Position numbers and translations under genes: made by a program. A stretch of 64,000 bases of DNA, from assembly GCA_965218095.1 (NCBI GenBank), contig OZ244587.1:96001-160000 (forward strand), written 5' to 3'. This document shows, piece by piece, positions 29,444 through 38,794 of this stretch. The stretch comes from Candidatus Poribacteria bacterium. GTDB taxonomy: Bacteria; Poribacteria; WGA-4E; PCPOR2b. The stretch's first letter is position 1. Every line of letters starts with the position of its first letter. Under the pieces are notes generated by a model, which saw only the letters and a program-made list of their open reading frames with translations, was not told where the DNA came from and did not search any database.

Positions 29444-29523
29444 AGCTGAAAAGCGCAGTTTCTGGCGGTGGGCAGTATATACCATCAAACTCTCAAAGTT
29501 GGCTTGAAAAACTGGCTTATTAA

Positions 29524-30795
29524 TCAGATCGTCAACACAACCTCAATCTCATTTCTTCCCACTTGCAGATCTGCTCGTACAAATAGCAGCCGATCGCCTA
29601 ACCATGTTACCGCTTGAGCGTTTGTCGTTGCAAGCGTGAGTCCAGTGTGATTGCCCCAGATTGCCAACCCATACGGCATTCCCTTTGTGGATTCCAGTGT
29701 AAATTGCATCCGTAATTGGCGGCGCAAGCGAGAGGGGCGAAACTGCTCGATCTGCGGTAGGTTAAACTCTGCGCCGTTACGTGAATTGACAGGTGGGGAA
29801 ACATAGTTTGTCACGCCAATCGGCTCCATTTTGTCTTTTTCAAAGATTAACTGGCATTCCACATCGTAATAGAAAAGGGTCGATTTTGCGGGAGTGTTCG
29901 ATGATACTTCTGGTTCTTCTGGATTGGGGTCGGTGAGCAGGAAGGTTGGCTGCGTCTGATCGCCGCCCCCCTGGTATGCGCGAACAGCATCTGAGAGCGA
30001 CATGACACGCGTCTGGCGCTCCTCGCACACATACGCCAAATGGGCATCCAACTGTTCAAGTTGTTCCGATGTCAGTGACCCCACCCCCGCCGCGTCGATC
30101 TCCTGGACATAAGCCAACCAACGATTCCACGCAGTGTTGGTCACATACAGATCAAATGTCTGTTGCGCTGTGCCGTTCAGCACCTGCGTCCGGAGATCTG
30201 CGAAATCTGTTTCTTCAGCGGCAAGGTGTGTCTGCGTGGGGAGGACGGAGACATGTGAGATTCCAACAATTCGACTTGTGGGGGAGCCGCAGAAATTGTG
30301 TCGATCTGCTGATGGGTAAAAGAAACCAAATGGACATCCTTCATCTGCCTCAATCTTCCCACCGTGGTAGCCCCATAGCCCCGCAAAACCAACTTGCTCT
30401 AAAGCGTAAAGCAAGACATGGTTTTTCTGCACCGCACCCGCGACAACCGGACTTGCCCACGCCATCCCCCTTTGAACTTTATCCCACTCAGATGAGATGT
30501 AATTCGGCAGCTTCTCACGCATCGTCACGATATGCTCTGCCGATTGGCTCAGATCGCTGGAATCTGTAGCCGTTCCCCAAATTGGCGCAATATCTACCAT
30601 CGGCGCCAGTTCGTCGCCGTCAGATTCGTGCCATTTGGTCAGATCTGCTGCGAAGGCTCGCGTAGAGGCCGGGTCGATTGCCCATGTGATCGGGACATTG
30701 TGTTTATGCGCTGTTTCTGCAAGGAGACGCATTCCCTGCCGCAGCGCTCTTCGATCTTCAGCAATTGCGGTGCTAACGAGGGAGTAAGTTAACAT
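29524..30795 (-). CDS. hypothetical protein (possible deacetylase/glycoside hydrolase-like barrel)
   Basis: Long ORF operonic with the aldolase gene; AHKHNVPITWAI and GCPFGFFYPS motifs. Start is uncertain. Confidence 0.6.
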   Translation of the reverse strand: MLTYSLVSTAIAEDRRALRQGMRLLAETAHKHNVPITWAIDPASTRAFAADLTKWHESDGDELAPMVDIAPIWGTATDSSDLSQSAEHIVTMREKLPNYISSEWDKVQRGMAWASPVVAGAVQKNHVLLYALEQVGFAGLWGYHGGKIEADEGCPFGFFYPSADRHNFCGSPTSRIVGISHVSVLPTQTHLAAEETDFADLRTQVLNGTAQQTFDLYVTNTAWNRWLAYVQEIDAAGVGSLTSEQLEQLDAHLAYVCEERQTRVMSLSDAVRAYQGGGDQTQPTFLLTDPNPEEPEVSSNTPAKSTLFYYDVECQLIFEKDKMEPIGVTNYVSPPVNSRNGAEFNLPQIEQFRPSRLRRQLRMQFTLESTKGMPYGLAIWGNHTGLTLATTNAQAVTWLGDRLLFVRADLQVGRNEIEVVLTI

Positions 30796-30808
30796 AATCA
30801 ATGCGGCA

Positions 30809-31531
30809 TCAAGCTCTCGGGTGCTCCAGGAAGACAGTAACTCCCATTTCAGCATATTTCGCTCGCGTGTCCGGCGTGCCATTTCTGTAGCAGACGGCAA
30901 TACTGGTATCCGCGAGTTGTTCGGCAACGTGACGAACACAATCATCAACGGTCTGGAATGGATGCTGTGCGTGGCCTTCTATGCTGAAGGTGAGATCCGC
31001 AGGACCGAAGGAGAGACAATCCACCCCTGCCTTGGCGAACTTTCGGGCATTCGTCACCGCCGAAATCGACTCTATCTGCATCCAGAGCACGCCGTATTCG
31101 CCCCACCATTGGGCATACTCAAGCCGATCGCTTCGCTCCTCCATCCCTTTTCGAGCAGCGCCCCCCCAACTGCGGATGCCGATCTGGGGATAGTAAAAAT
31201 AAGCAATGGCTTCGTCCACCGTCGATTCAAGTTCCACTTGCGGAACTTCGACTCCGGAGGGTCCCAGATCCAGGTAGTTACCGATGAGGTAGGCGTTGTA
31301 GGTGTGCTTAATCCGAAACTGAACCGGAATATCCAATTCGTTCGCCATCTCGCAGAAGGCGACCAACCGCTCCTCATTGTATGCAGAGTGCTGGCTGTCG
31401 GTGGAAACGAAGTCGTAGTCGCCTTGGTCCAGGATGGCTTTCAGCCGAGCCCGATCCGACGAGATTGGTGCGGCTATACCGTAAATGTGCTCTCCATCGT
31501 GTATACGTTGTTTCAGCGTTTTTTCTGCCAT
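30809..31531 (-). CDS. HpcH/HpaI aldolase family protein
   Basis: DFVSTDSQH, LDLGPSGVEVPQVE, MQIES and FGPADL motifs. Confidence 0.9.
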   Translation of the reverse strand: MAEKTLKQRIHDGEHIYGIAAPISSDRARLKAILDQGDYDFVSTDSQHSAYNEERLVAFCEMANELDIPVQFRIKHTYNAYLIGNYLDLGPSGVEVPQVELESTVDEAIAYFYYPQIGIRSWGGAARKGMEERSDRLEYAQWWGEYGVLWMQIESISAVTNARKFAKAGVDCLSFGPADLTFSIEGHAQHPFQTVDDCVRHVAEQLADTSIAVCYRNGTPDTRAKYAEMGVTVFLEHPRA

Positions 31532-31568
31532 CTAAATCTCCTTGTTAATGCCCTGTGGGGTAAGAATA

Positions 31569-31818
31569 TAACTTGACTTTGTTAGATTAAAAGAGCTCAT
31601 CGGCAGATCCACTGCTGGCTCGCCCCCCCACCCTCTCCGGTCTTCGACCGAGAGTCCGAGACCGCAATCCCCCCAACTTTGGGGGGAAGGGGAGAATCGT
31701 ACAAACTCCTGAAGTTCCGGTGCTTCGCACCGAGAATCCCACGCTGCAAGGCATCGGGACCTGCCCCGATCCATCGGGGAATTGGGGGCCGGGGGGCAAA
31801 TGTAACAAAGTCAAAATA
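31569..31818. mobile_element. MITE family A, copy 3 (longer internal region)
   Basis: TA-AC-TTGACTTTGTTAGATTAAAAGAGCTCATCGGCAGATCC...TAACAAAGTCAA-AA-TA. Confidence 0.88.
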
Positions 31819-31972
31819 AGATTTGCCATGATATTATAAACTCTGTCGGAGCTCCCGTCAACGCATTTCTATAACCCTGGCAGATAGCAAAAGGTTGTAA
31901 CCATCGCACTGGTACGCTGAATAAATTCTGAATTCCAATTAACGGAGCTTGCTCCATTCAGAGGCGCTGCAT

Positions 31973-32929
31973 CTAAAAGCCCGCTTGCTTGTCGCACACA
32001 TAGAGGAATGACTCATCCGCGAGAAATCGTCGGAGGTTCTCTTTGAAAAGCTGCCGCCGGTCCTCCCACATCTCGGGTGTCAGCGCCGAAGCGTGAGGCG
32101 ATAAGATGACGTTATCCATATCCCACAAGGGGCTATCGGTGGGAAGGGGCTCCTCTGCCATGACATCCAGACCGGCGCCAGCGATTCGTCCCGCGCGCAG
32201 CCCATCGATCAACGCTTCTTCGTCCACAATACCTCCTCGAGAGATCGCGATAAGGTAGGCTCCCGGCTTGAGTAATCCTATCCGGCGACGATCAATCAGC
32301 CCCCGAGTTTCTGGCGTCAACGGCGCGGTGATGACAAACCAGTCCGAAATCTGGAGCAAATCATCCAACCGTTCAAGCCCCCAGACCGCCTTCACCTCTG
32401 CCGGCGGAGTCGGCATTGGACGAATGTCAACGGCATACACTTCCATGCCGAAGCTGAGCGCCCGTCGCGCAACAGCCATTCCAATGCCTCCTAGCGCCAG
32501 AATGCCGATGGTTCGCCCATTGAGCTCCACAATTCGCTCGTCGTATTTCTTGGTATCCCAACGGTGCGCTTTTTGGTCTTCCCACTGCTCACGCAAGCAA
32601 TGGGTAAAGGTCAATATCATGCCAAACACATGATCGGCCATCGGGTTGGCGTGGGGACCACGCGCATTGGTCAGGATTACGTCGCTGTTTCGAATTTCAG
32701 ATATCGAGACGGTTCGATCGATACCGGTGCCCGGGCATTGAATCCAGCGCAGCTTTTGGGCAGCAAGAAAGACTTCACGGGACGGGTCACCATAAAACAC
32801 ATCCGCGTCCCGGATGTGCTGTATCTGCTCCTCCTGGGCGGTCGCCAACTGAAACGTCACGTCAGGAAAACTGGCACGAAGTTCGTTCAAAAATTGGCCA
32901 CTTGTTCGGCCAGCCATTACAATTTTCAT
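31973..32929 (-). CDS. D-2-hydroxyacid dehydrogenase
   Basis: GILALGGIG, PLTPETRGLI, SRGGIVDE, GAGLDV...EPL and ILSPH motifs. Confidence 0.93.
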   Translation of the reverse strand: MKIVMAGRTSGQFLNELRASFPDVTFQLATAQEEQIQHIRDADVFYGDPSREVFLAAQKLRWIQCPGTGIDRTVSISEIRNSDVILTNARGPHANPMADHVFGMILTFTHCLREQWEDQKAHRWDTKKYDERIVELNGRTIGILALGGIGMAVARRALSFGMEVYAVDIRPMPTPPAEVKAVWGLERLDDLLQISDWFVITAPLTPETRGLIDRRRIGLLKPGAYLIAISRGGIVDEEALIDGLRAGRIAGAGLDVMAEEPLPTDSPLWDMDNVILSPHASALTPEMWEDRRQLFKENLRRFLADESFLYVCDKQAGF

Positions 32930-33184
32930 TTGTCGTTACCTCGATTCTGGAAGATGTCACTTCTTGCACTTTGCCCCATATTCTGACATAAAGTTCCGGT
33001 GATTCGACATCAAAAAATGGGCCTATCAGGAAAAATCACCCCGGCATCCCAATCGGATTGAACCGGAAACGGGGAAGTGTTGTCCAAAACTGTATTCATG
33101 TAAAGTCAAGGAGAAAAAACTAGGAAATTTATTTGACAGCGGACTCGCCGATTTGCAAGTTCACACCGTAACTCGTATTAACCA

Positions 33185-33321
33185 TACGAGTTTTTCACTT
33201 ACAGTCCAATGGCGCCGGCCGAGTGGGAGTTTACGACGTATCGAGACCAAGCAGATCGCTGCTAGCTTGGTTTCGATACGCTTCGCTACTTAACCGGCGT
33301 TCGCTAACTGAAAAAGTTGTA
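33185..33321. mobile_element. MITE-like element, 137 bp
   Basis: Imperfect TIR TACGAGTTTTTCACTTA / TAACTGAAAAAGTTGTA flanked by direct repeat TTAACCA (33178-84, 33322-28); internal REP-like hairpin. Confidence 0.6.
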
Positions 33322-33349
33322 TTAACCAGGCCACCTCTCTACAGGCTGT

Positions 33350-34570
33350 TTACGTCCCCCAACTGGCAATAAAGTCCTCGACACCGAAATCGGCCGGCAT
33401 CTCGTTGAAGTAGTAGCGCATTGGTCCCGATTGAAAGCCAGGGAAAAAGTGCTCCTCGCCTGCCTGAAGCCTGGTATTGAGCATCTTAAACCGCTCCCAT
33501 AGAGTTTCCGCCTCTGTCTGCGAGAAGCGATTGGCGAATTCTGGCCCCCAGTTCAAGGTGGTCGGGTGCCCACTCATCCCACGTCTGCAAAGGTCGTCAG
33601 GGATTTCCTCAAGGCCGGGGCGTCTTCGGAGATTGATAAAGCAAGCCGCTTTGCACAGAAACACGGTCGTGAGCATCACCCCTTTTTCGCCCCGGCCCGG
33701 CTGGAGTTTTTCCAGCGCAGTGTGGTAGGCACGGCTATCTTTTTCAATTGCGGCACGAAGCACAGACTCGGTGACATCCTGCATCTGCTTGCTGCGCTGC
33801 GCCCAGCGCTCAAGTGTCGCTTGGGCTAGGGTGGATAGATGCTTCGTGTAACTTAGGTCTTCATATTTCGTGAAGTTGCAGAAACCGCCATGAATGGTGC
33901 GTCGCATTCTGGTGCTGTAGTTGCTGCCCCAGTGTAAGATAGGCATGATGTAGACCACGCCGTCGCCAGCATTGAGGTGCGTTTGGACGGCACCGGGCAA
34001 CGGCACACGCGGGTCAGCCAGCAACTGACGGTCTTCTTCTTCGGTGTTGATACGAAGGTGGCTGCCAGGCACGACCCAAAGCACGTCGTCGTCGTAGAGA
34101 GGAATGTTCCACTGCACATAGCGAGGTCCCGTCTCGATGATGTCATCGATGTAGCCCTGGAGTGGTGCGGTGTCAATGGGATGAAGATCGCGATGCCATG
34201 CGGCTGGGCCACAATCGTGCACCGGATTACACATCAGCATCATCTCTGTTACCGCCGCGTCTGGTTCCTCCATCAGTTCAGCACTGATGCCTTGCGTGTT
34301 TTCGTGGAGCCAGATTTCCACTGTGTTGGCGGTCTGCTCGTCGATGAGATTTACCAGAGGACGTCGATCCAGAAGCAACCGCGGTTGCACGTCGGTCTCC
34401 CATACGCCGCCGGGCGGGTCGTCCGGTTTGCGGTCGCGTGCCCAGATTTCTCGCTGTCGATCGACCATGATCTCATAACCGGCGCGCAAAGCTCCCAGCT
34501 CATCCGGCGGGATGACGTTACGCAGGACCAGATACCCGTCTTCCATGAATTGGTCTTGATTGACTTGCAT
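33350..34570 (-). CDS. phytanoyl-CoA dioxygenase (PhyH) family Fe(II)/2OG enzyme
   Basis: FMEDGYLVL, WHRD, LWVVPGSH, ILHWG and RRTIH motifs; AAGGAGG RBS. Confidence 0.88.
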   Translation of the reverse strand: MQVNQDQFMEDGYLVLRNVIPPDELGALRAGYEIMVDRQREIWARDRKPDDPPGGVWETDVQPRLLLDRRPLVNLIDEQTANTVEIWLHENTQGISAELMEEPDAAVTEMMLMCNPVHDCGPAAWHRDLHPIDTAPLQGYIDDIIETGPRYVQWNIPLYDDDVLWVVPGSHLRINTEEEDRQLLADPRVPLPGAVQTHLNAGDGVVYIMPILHWGSNYSTRMRRTIHGGFCNFTKYEDLSYTKHLSTLAQATLERWAQRSKQMQDVTESVLRAAIEKDSRAYHTALEKLQPGRGEKGVMLTTVFLCKAACFINLRRRPGLEEIPDDLCRRGMSGHPTTLNWGPEFANRFSQTEAETLWERFKMLNTRLQAGEEHFFPGFQSGPMRYYFNEMPADFGVEDFIASWGT

Positions 34571-34632
34571 TGTTGTGCCTCCTTGTTGGTTACACTCAAC
34601 GAGAGTATACGCTTTGGGATGAGTCAAGCGGG

Positions 34633-35199
34633 TCAGGGAATTAGGGGGTAACAGATTTGCACATCGATTGAAGGCCTTGTCAGTACAGACGTAATCTTCT
34701 CAACAATACCATCCGCACGACTACGAATCTCCTCCTGCGTCAGACTCTGGATGGGATGTTCAACAGTCGTCGGGTGGAAGTCGCGGTAGCCGAGCGACTT
34801 GGCTTGGACTTCTCCGGCGGCGAAAAACACATCCGAGCAGATCGCCACGCTTGGGATGCCGCGTTCTTCTAAAGCCGTTCCATCGTGCACACTGCACGAT
34901 ATACACGACCCTCAGTCCGCCAGCCCTTCAACCACAAAGTCGCACTGATCAGCAAGCTGCATGATAGTTTCCATCGGGGCGGGACGCGCAAATGTCGGTT
35001 TTCTCGCGTGAATTATATCCGCGAGCTCGAATTGCTCGCGCATGAGTTCTTCGACACGTTCGAGGAAAATATCGCTGCCATTTTTGCCGATGTTCAGCAC
35101 CCCCATCACCTTGCCGTTAAGGTCGTCAAGACGCGGCGCGAGAAATTTGTCGGATGTGTTGCTTGGAGCCATTGGATCGAGTAAAATTGTGTTTGTCAT
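34633..35199 (-). CDS. UGSC-family selenoprotein (Sec at TGA 34912-34914)
   Basis: ORFs 34912..35199 and 34633..34890 are one frame reading EGLAD-U-GSCISCSVHD; SECIS-like hairpin at 34882-34900. Confidence 0.9.
34882..34900 (-). promoter_or_regulatory. putative bacterial SECIS element
   Basis: AUCGUGCA-GUG-UGCACGAU, loop at +20..+22 after the UGA. Confidence 0.75.
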
Positions 35200-35419
35200 G
35201 AGAAACCTCCTGCTTAAAAATCCCTGCTTTTTTTCCCACTTTCACCGTTCCCTGTTTTATTTTAGCCAACGGTTAGAATGGAATCCTTAGAAAGCCTTCA
35301 TGGCAAAACTCATAAAATCATGCAACAGAAACCTATCCAGCACCTCACTCAGCAAAATCAACTGTTACTTGAGGATAGGTCAAAGCTGTCATGGTGGAAG
35401 CAAATATTCAGTAAGTAAT

Positions 35420-35589
35420 CTATAACTTGGTTAACAGTTCCTTTTTCTTAGATTCAAACTCCTCCTCAGTCGGGATACCTTGATCCTTCAACTCAGCGAG
35501 CTTCCTAATTTGGTCGGGAACGTCTACTGTTGACTCAGACTGGGTGTTTTCCCGATCAGTTTTCTCTATCTTCGATTTTACATACTCTA
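35420..35589 (-). pseudogene. C-terminal SHOCT-domain fragment truncated by the IS
   Basis: Manual translation DVPDQIRKLAELKDQGIPTEEEFESKKKELLTKL*. Confidence 0.75.
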
Positions 35590-36639
35590 ACGACTTGTGC
35601 TAGTTAAAAGGCAAAGGAAGTGCTATCCTTTGAGAGAAGTTACTTATCTCGAATGAAAGAGAGGAAGCATTTCAATGGAGTTATGTCAAAAGCTGGGTGC
35701 CGCTTTCGCACAAGAAGGAATCACGTCGCTGAATCTCGAAGACTTGCTGAGTGTGAGTTTCATTGTTATTGATGATTTGTATGAACACCATTTCCCCGAT
35801 GGAATGCCCCATCGGGGTGTCCCCAATAGCAACCTAGCCGACAGTGAAGTAATAACCATCGCTTGGGGCGGTGAGATGGTTAGCATTGATAGTCAACGGG
35901 TTGGTATAACCTTGTCAAAAAGGAGTTCTGCCATCTATTTCCGCATTTACCTGAGTGAACTCGATTTAATCGTCGGCGTCGTAATCTGTCGGGAGTAAGT
36001 GGAAAACTTAAACAAGCACTCAACGATGAACTTCCGTTAAATGACATCTTCATTGTCGATAGCTTGGCTGTCCCCCTCTGTGACTTTAAGCGTGCGCATT
36101 CTTCCACATCGCCTCTCAAGTGTCAGGACCTACGGGTATTGTGAAACCAAAGGATTGGGTACATTCTTAGGATTTCGCGTTCATCTAATCATCAAGGCGT
36201 ACCCCTCGCTTTTTCCGTACCCAATGCCAATGTTGATGAGCGGGAGGTGCTTTCGACGATGTGTGAAACAGGCGATTATCCCCTGATAATTGGAGACAAA
36301 GGTTACATTTCAGACCCATTGAGTGAGATGCTCCTTGAGTTGGATGGGATTCGCTTATTCGCTATCAAGCGTGAGAATCAGAAGTCACAACATACGCCAC
36401 AACTCCGGCGGAATCTCAATTGGATTCGGAGACGAATTGAAACTACCATCAATCAACTCAATGACCAGTTTCATCTCTGTCGAATCAGAGCGCGTTATCA
36501 TTGGGGCATGTTGACCCGAATTATTGATAAGCTAGCGGGGTTCAGCTTAGCAGTTTTGCTCAACCGCAGTCTAGGACGACCGCTTATGGAAATCAAAGAC
36601 TTAGTTTTCGCATAGCCTATATCAACTAGCACAAGTCGT
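35590..36639 (+). mobile_element. IS982-family element with frameshifted transposase
   Basis: Perfect 16-bp TIR ACGACTTGTGCTAGTT / AACTAGCACAAGTCGT, 1050 bp long. Motifs LADSEVITI, IIGDKGYIS and RRRIETTINQL fall in different frames. Confidence 0.92.
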
Positions 36640-36765
36640 ATTGTTATTATTATCGTCATTGTCATCGTCTCCACAGGCAACCATAAAGACAACTAGCATG
36701 ACTGACAATCAGAAAACGAATCCTTTCCAACCTTTCTGCGTTTCTAATGCCTTGCAGAATTGCAT
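36640..36765 (-). pseudogene. N-terminal lipoprotein fragment cut by the IS
   Basis: MQFCK...GFVF*LSVMLVVFMVACGDDDNDDNNNN: lipobox MVAC with an internal TGA. Confidence 0.55.
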
Positions 36766-36779
36766 CTTTTCTACCCTTG

Positions 36780-36890
36780 GTTCAGAAGTTCACTCGTTCA
36801 GGAGTTCAGTTGTTCAAGAGTTCAAACTTCATGGGGCCGTGAACATTTGAACAACTGAACCAATGTACCAATCAACCCATGAACTCACAA
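36780..36890. repeat. degenerate short tandem repeats (GTTCA.../...TGAAC) forming an imperfect inverted array
   Basis: Six GTTCA units followed by several TGAAC units downstream of dapA. Confidence 0.6.
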
Positions 36891-37769
36891 TCAACTAATC
36901 AGACCCGCATCTTTCAGCGTCTCGCGCAGTTTTTCCAGATTTGCGCTCGACAGCGGTGCGAGCGGAAGCCGCAGTTTGCCGTTGAGTTTTCCCATCAGCA
37001 TGAGGGCAGTTTTAGCGGGAATAGGATTGGTCTCAATAAAGAGATTCACCGCCAACGGCATGGTTTTGTAGTGGAACTTTCGAGCGAGTTCGATATTCCC
37101 CACTTTGAACGCATTGCACATCTCGGCGACATCAGCGGGGTCAACATTCGCCACGACGGAGATTACACCTTTTCCGCCGACAGAGAGGATTGGCAACGTG
37201 TTGATATCATCACCCGAAAGCACGACGAAATCGTCAGGACACATCAATACCAGTTCGCTGGAACGCTTCAAGTCACCTGTTGCCTCTTTGAGTCCCACGA
37301 TATTCGGGTGTTCGGCAAGTCGAGCGACTGTTTCAGAGAGAATGTCCGTACCACAGCGTCCAGGAACATTGTAGATGATAATCGGAATGTCAACGCTGTC
37401 AGCGATTTTCATGTAGTGTGCGTATAACCCCTGCTGATTCGGCTTGTTGTAGTATGGCGTCACGATGAGTGCAGCATCGGCGCCGGTGGCTTTGGCGTGC
37501 CTCGTTGCTCGCAAAGTTCGTGTTGTCGAATTCGAGCCTGTTCCCGCAATGACTGGCACGCGGCCGTTGACTGTCTCGACAGCAAGTCCTACCACACGGT
37601 CATGCTCTTCATCTGAAAGCGATGGGGATTCGCCGGTGGTACCGCAGGGAACAATCCCGTGTATACCCCCATCGATCTGAAATTCGAGCAACTCTTTGAG
37701 TTTGGCTTCATCAAGGGATTCATCGTCTTTGAATGGTGTCACAAGTGCGACAAAAGATCCTTCAAACAT
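36891..37769 (-). CDS. dapA: 4-hydroxy-tetrahydrodipicolinate synthase
   Basis: ALVTPF, GTTGES, TPYYNKP, YNVPGR, LKEATG and FIETNP motifs. Confidence 0.97.
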   Translation of the reverse strand: MFEGSFVALVTPFKDDESLDEAKLKELLEFQIDGGIHGIVPCGTTGESPSLSDEEHDRVVGLAVETVNGRVPVIAGTGSNSTTRTLRATRHAKATGADAALIVTPYYNKPNQQGLYAHYMKIADSVDIPIIIYNVPGRCGTDILSETVARLAEHPNIVGLKEATGDLKRSSELVLMCPDDFVVLSGDDINTLPILSVGGKGVISVVANVDPADVAEMCNAFKVGNIELARKFHYKTMPLAVNLFIETNPIPAKTALMLMGKLNGKLRLPLAPLSSANLEKLRETLKDAGLIS

Positions 37770-37918
37770 TTTTGACCTCCTTGAAATCATCCATCGGAAA
37801 AACCGAGATGGTCATTGATATACCGGTTTTGAATGACACTGACTTCGGTAAGGCAGAATAGAAAGAATGGAAGAACTCTTTTCCTTCCTTCCATTCCGTT
37901 CTTCCATTCTTCCAGCTT

Positions 37919-38473
37919 TTACTTCATCATACCCTCCTGCTTTTTGAAATCTTCATACTTCTCAACTTCCTCCTCTAGTTCTTGGTAGGTTTGAGAAGCA
38001 CGAAAGCGATTATACATGTTCTGCTGATTCCGGAAGCCCTCAACAAGGGCTGCATTTGCATCCCCAAGGGCCAGTTCCATCAACACATAAGCGCGGTAGC
38101 TTATCCCATCTTCCACCACCATTTGTTTTCTCGTCTGCAATCCGTTGAGAACTTTAGCAGTGACCGATTTGAAGACATCTGTTGTCTGGCTCAACAATTC
38201 GGCGTCCTCGCCTATGCCGACTTGTTCGCGAAATCGTTTGAATAGAGAATTGATTTTGACTCGGTCTGTCGTGTAATATCGTTGCTTGCCGCTTGTTTCG
38301 CACTAGTTACCGCCAACTGCAGATCTCTCTGAGTATCGGTTGCCGCGGCATAAAGGTAGTTTGGATCGTCAGGGAGGTTAGTATACCAACCACCAGTAAT
38401 CGACCGCAAGGCAGGGCGCAGCAAAAATTGCAATCAGCAACACAGATAGACAAATCCCGTTTGTCTTTTTCAT
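37919..38473 (-). pseudogene. LPP20-like exported protein, frameshifted
   Basis: Signal peptide (ATG 38473), WYTNLPDDPNYLYAAAT...AKQAA and FKRFREQVG...YRAYVLME are in different frames. Confidence 0.6.
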
Positions 38474-38716
38474 AATTCGCCTTCAAACAAATTTGTCTCT
38501 TAACGATTCAGGCTTATTTTAACCCATCTCAGGCAGGGTGTCAATAGAGTATTTCTAAACCGGACAATTAAGTAATTTTCGGATTGGCGATTAGCTGGGA
38601 TGAACACCCGGCAAAACTCAAGGGAGGTGAGAAGGTCGTCACCTGTACCCCTCATTTTCTCATTATGGCCTATTCGTTTATTCACGGATTCATGTCAGCT
38701 TCTTGGAAGGTTTTGC

Positions 38717-38745
38717 TTGCATTTCCTATAGCAGTGTGCTACAAT
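38717..38745 (+). promoter_or_regulatory. sigma70 promoter of the EF-G-like gene
   Basis: TTGCAT-N17-TACAAT with extended -10 TG. Confidence 0.7.
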
Positions 38746-38794
38746 CACCCAATGTTTGTGGTTAGATTGACCCCGTAAGGAGATAGGACTATCT

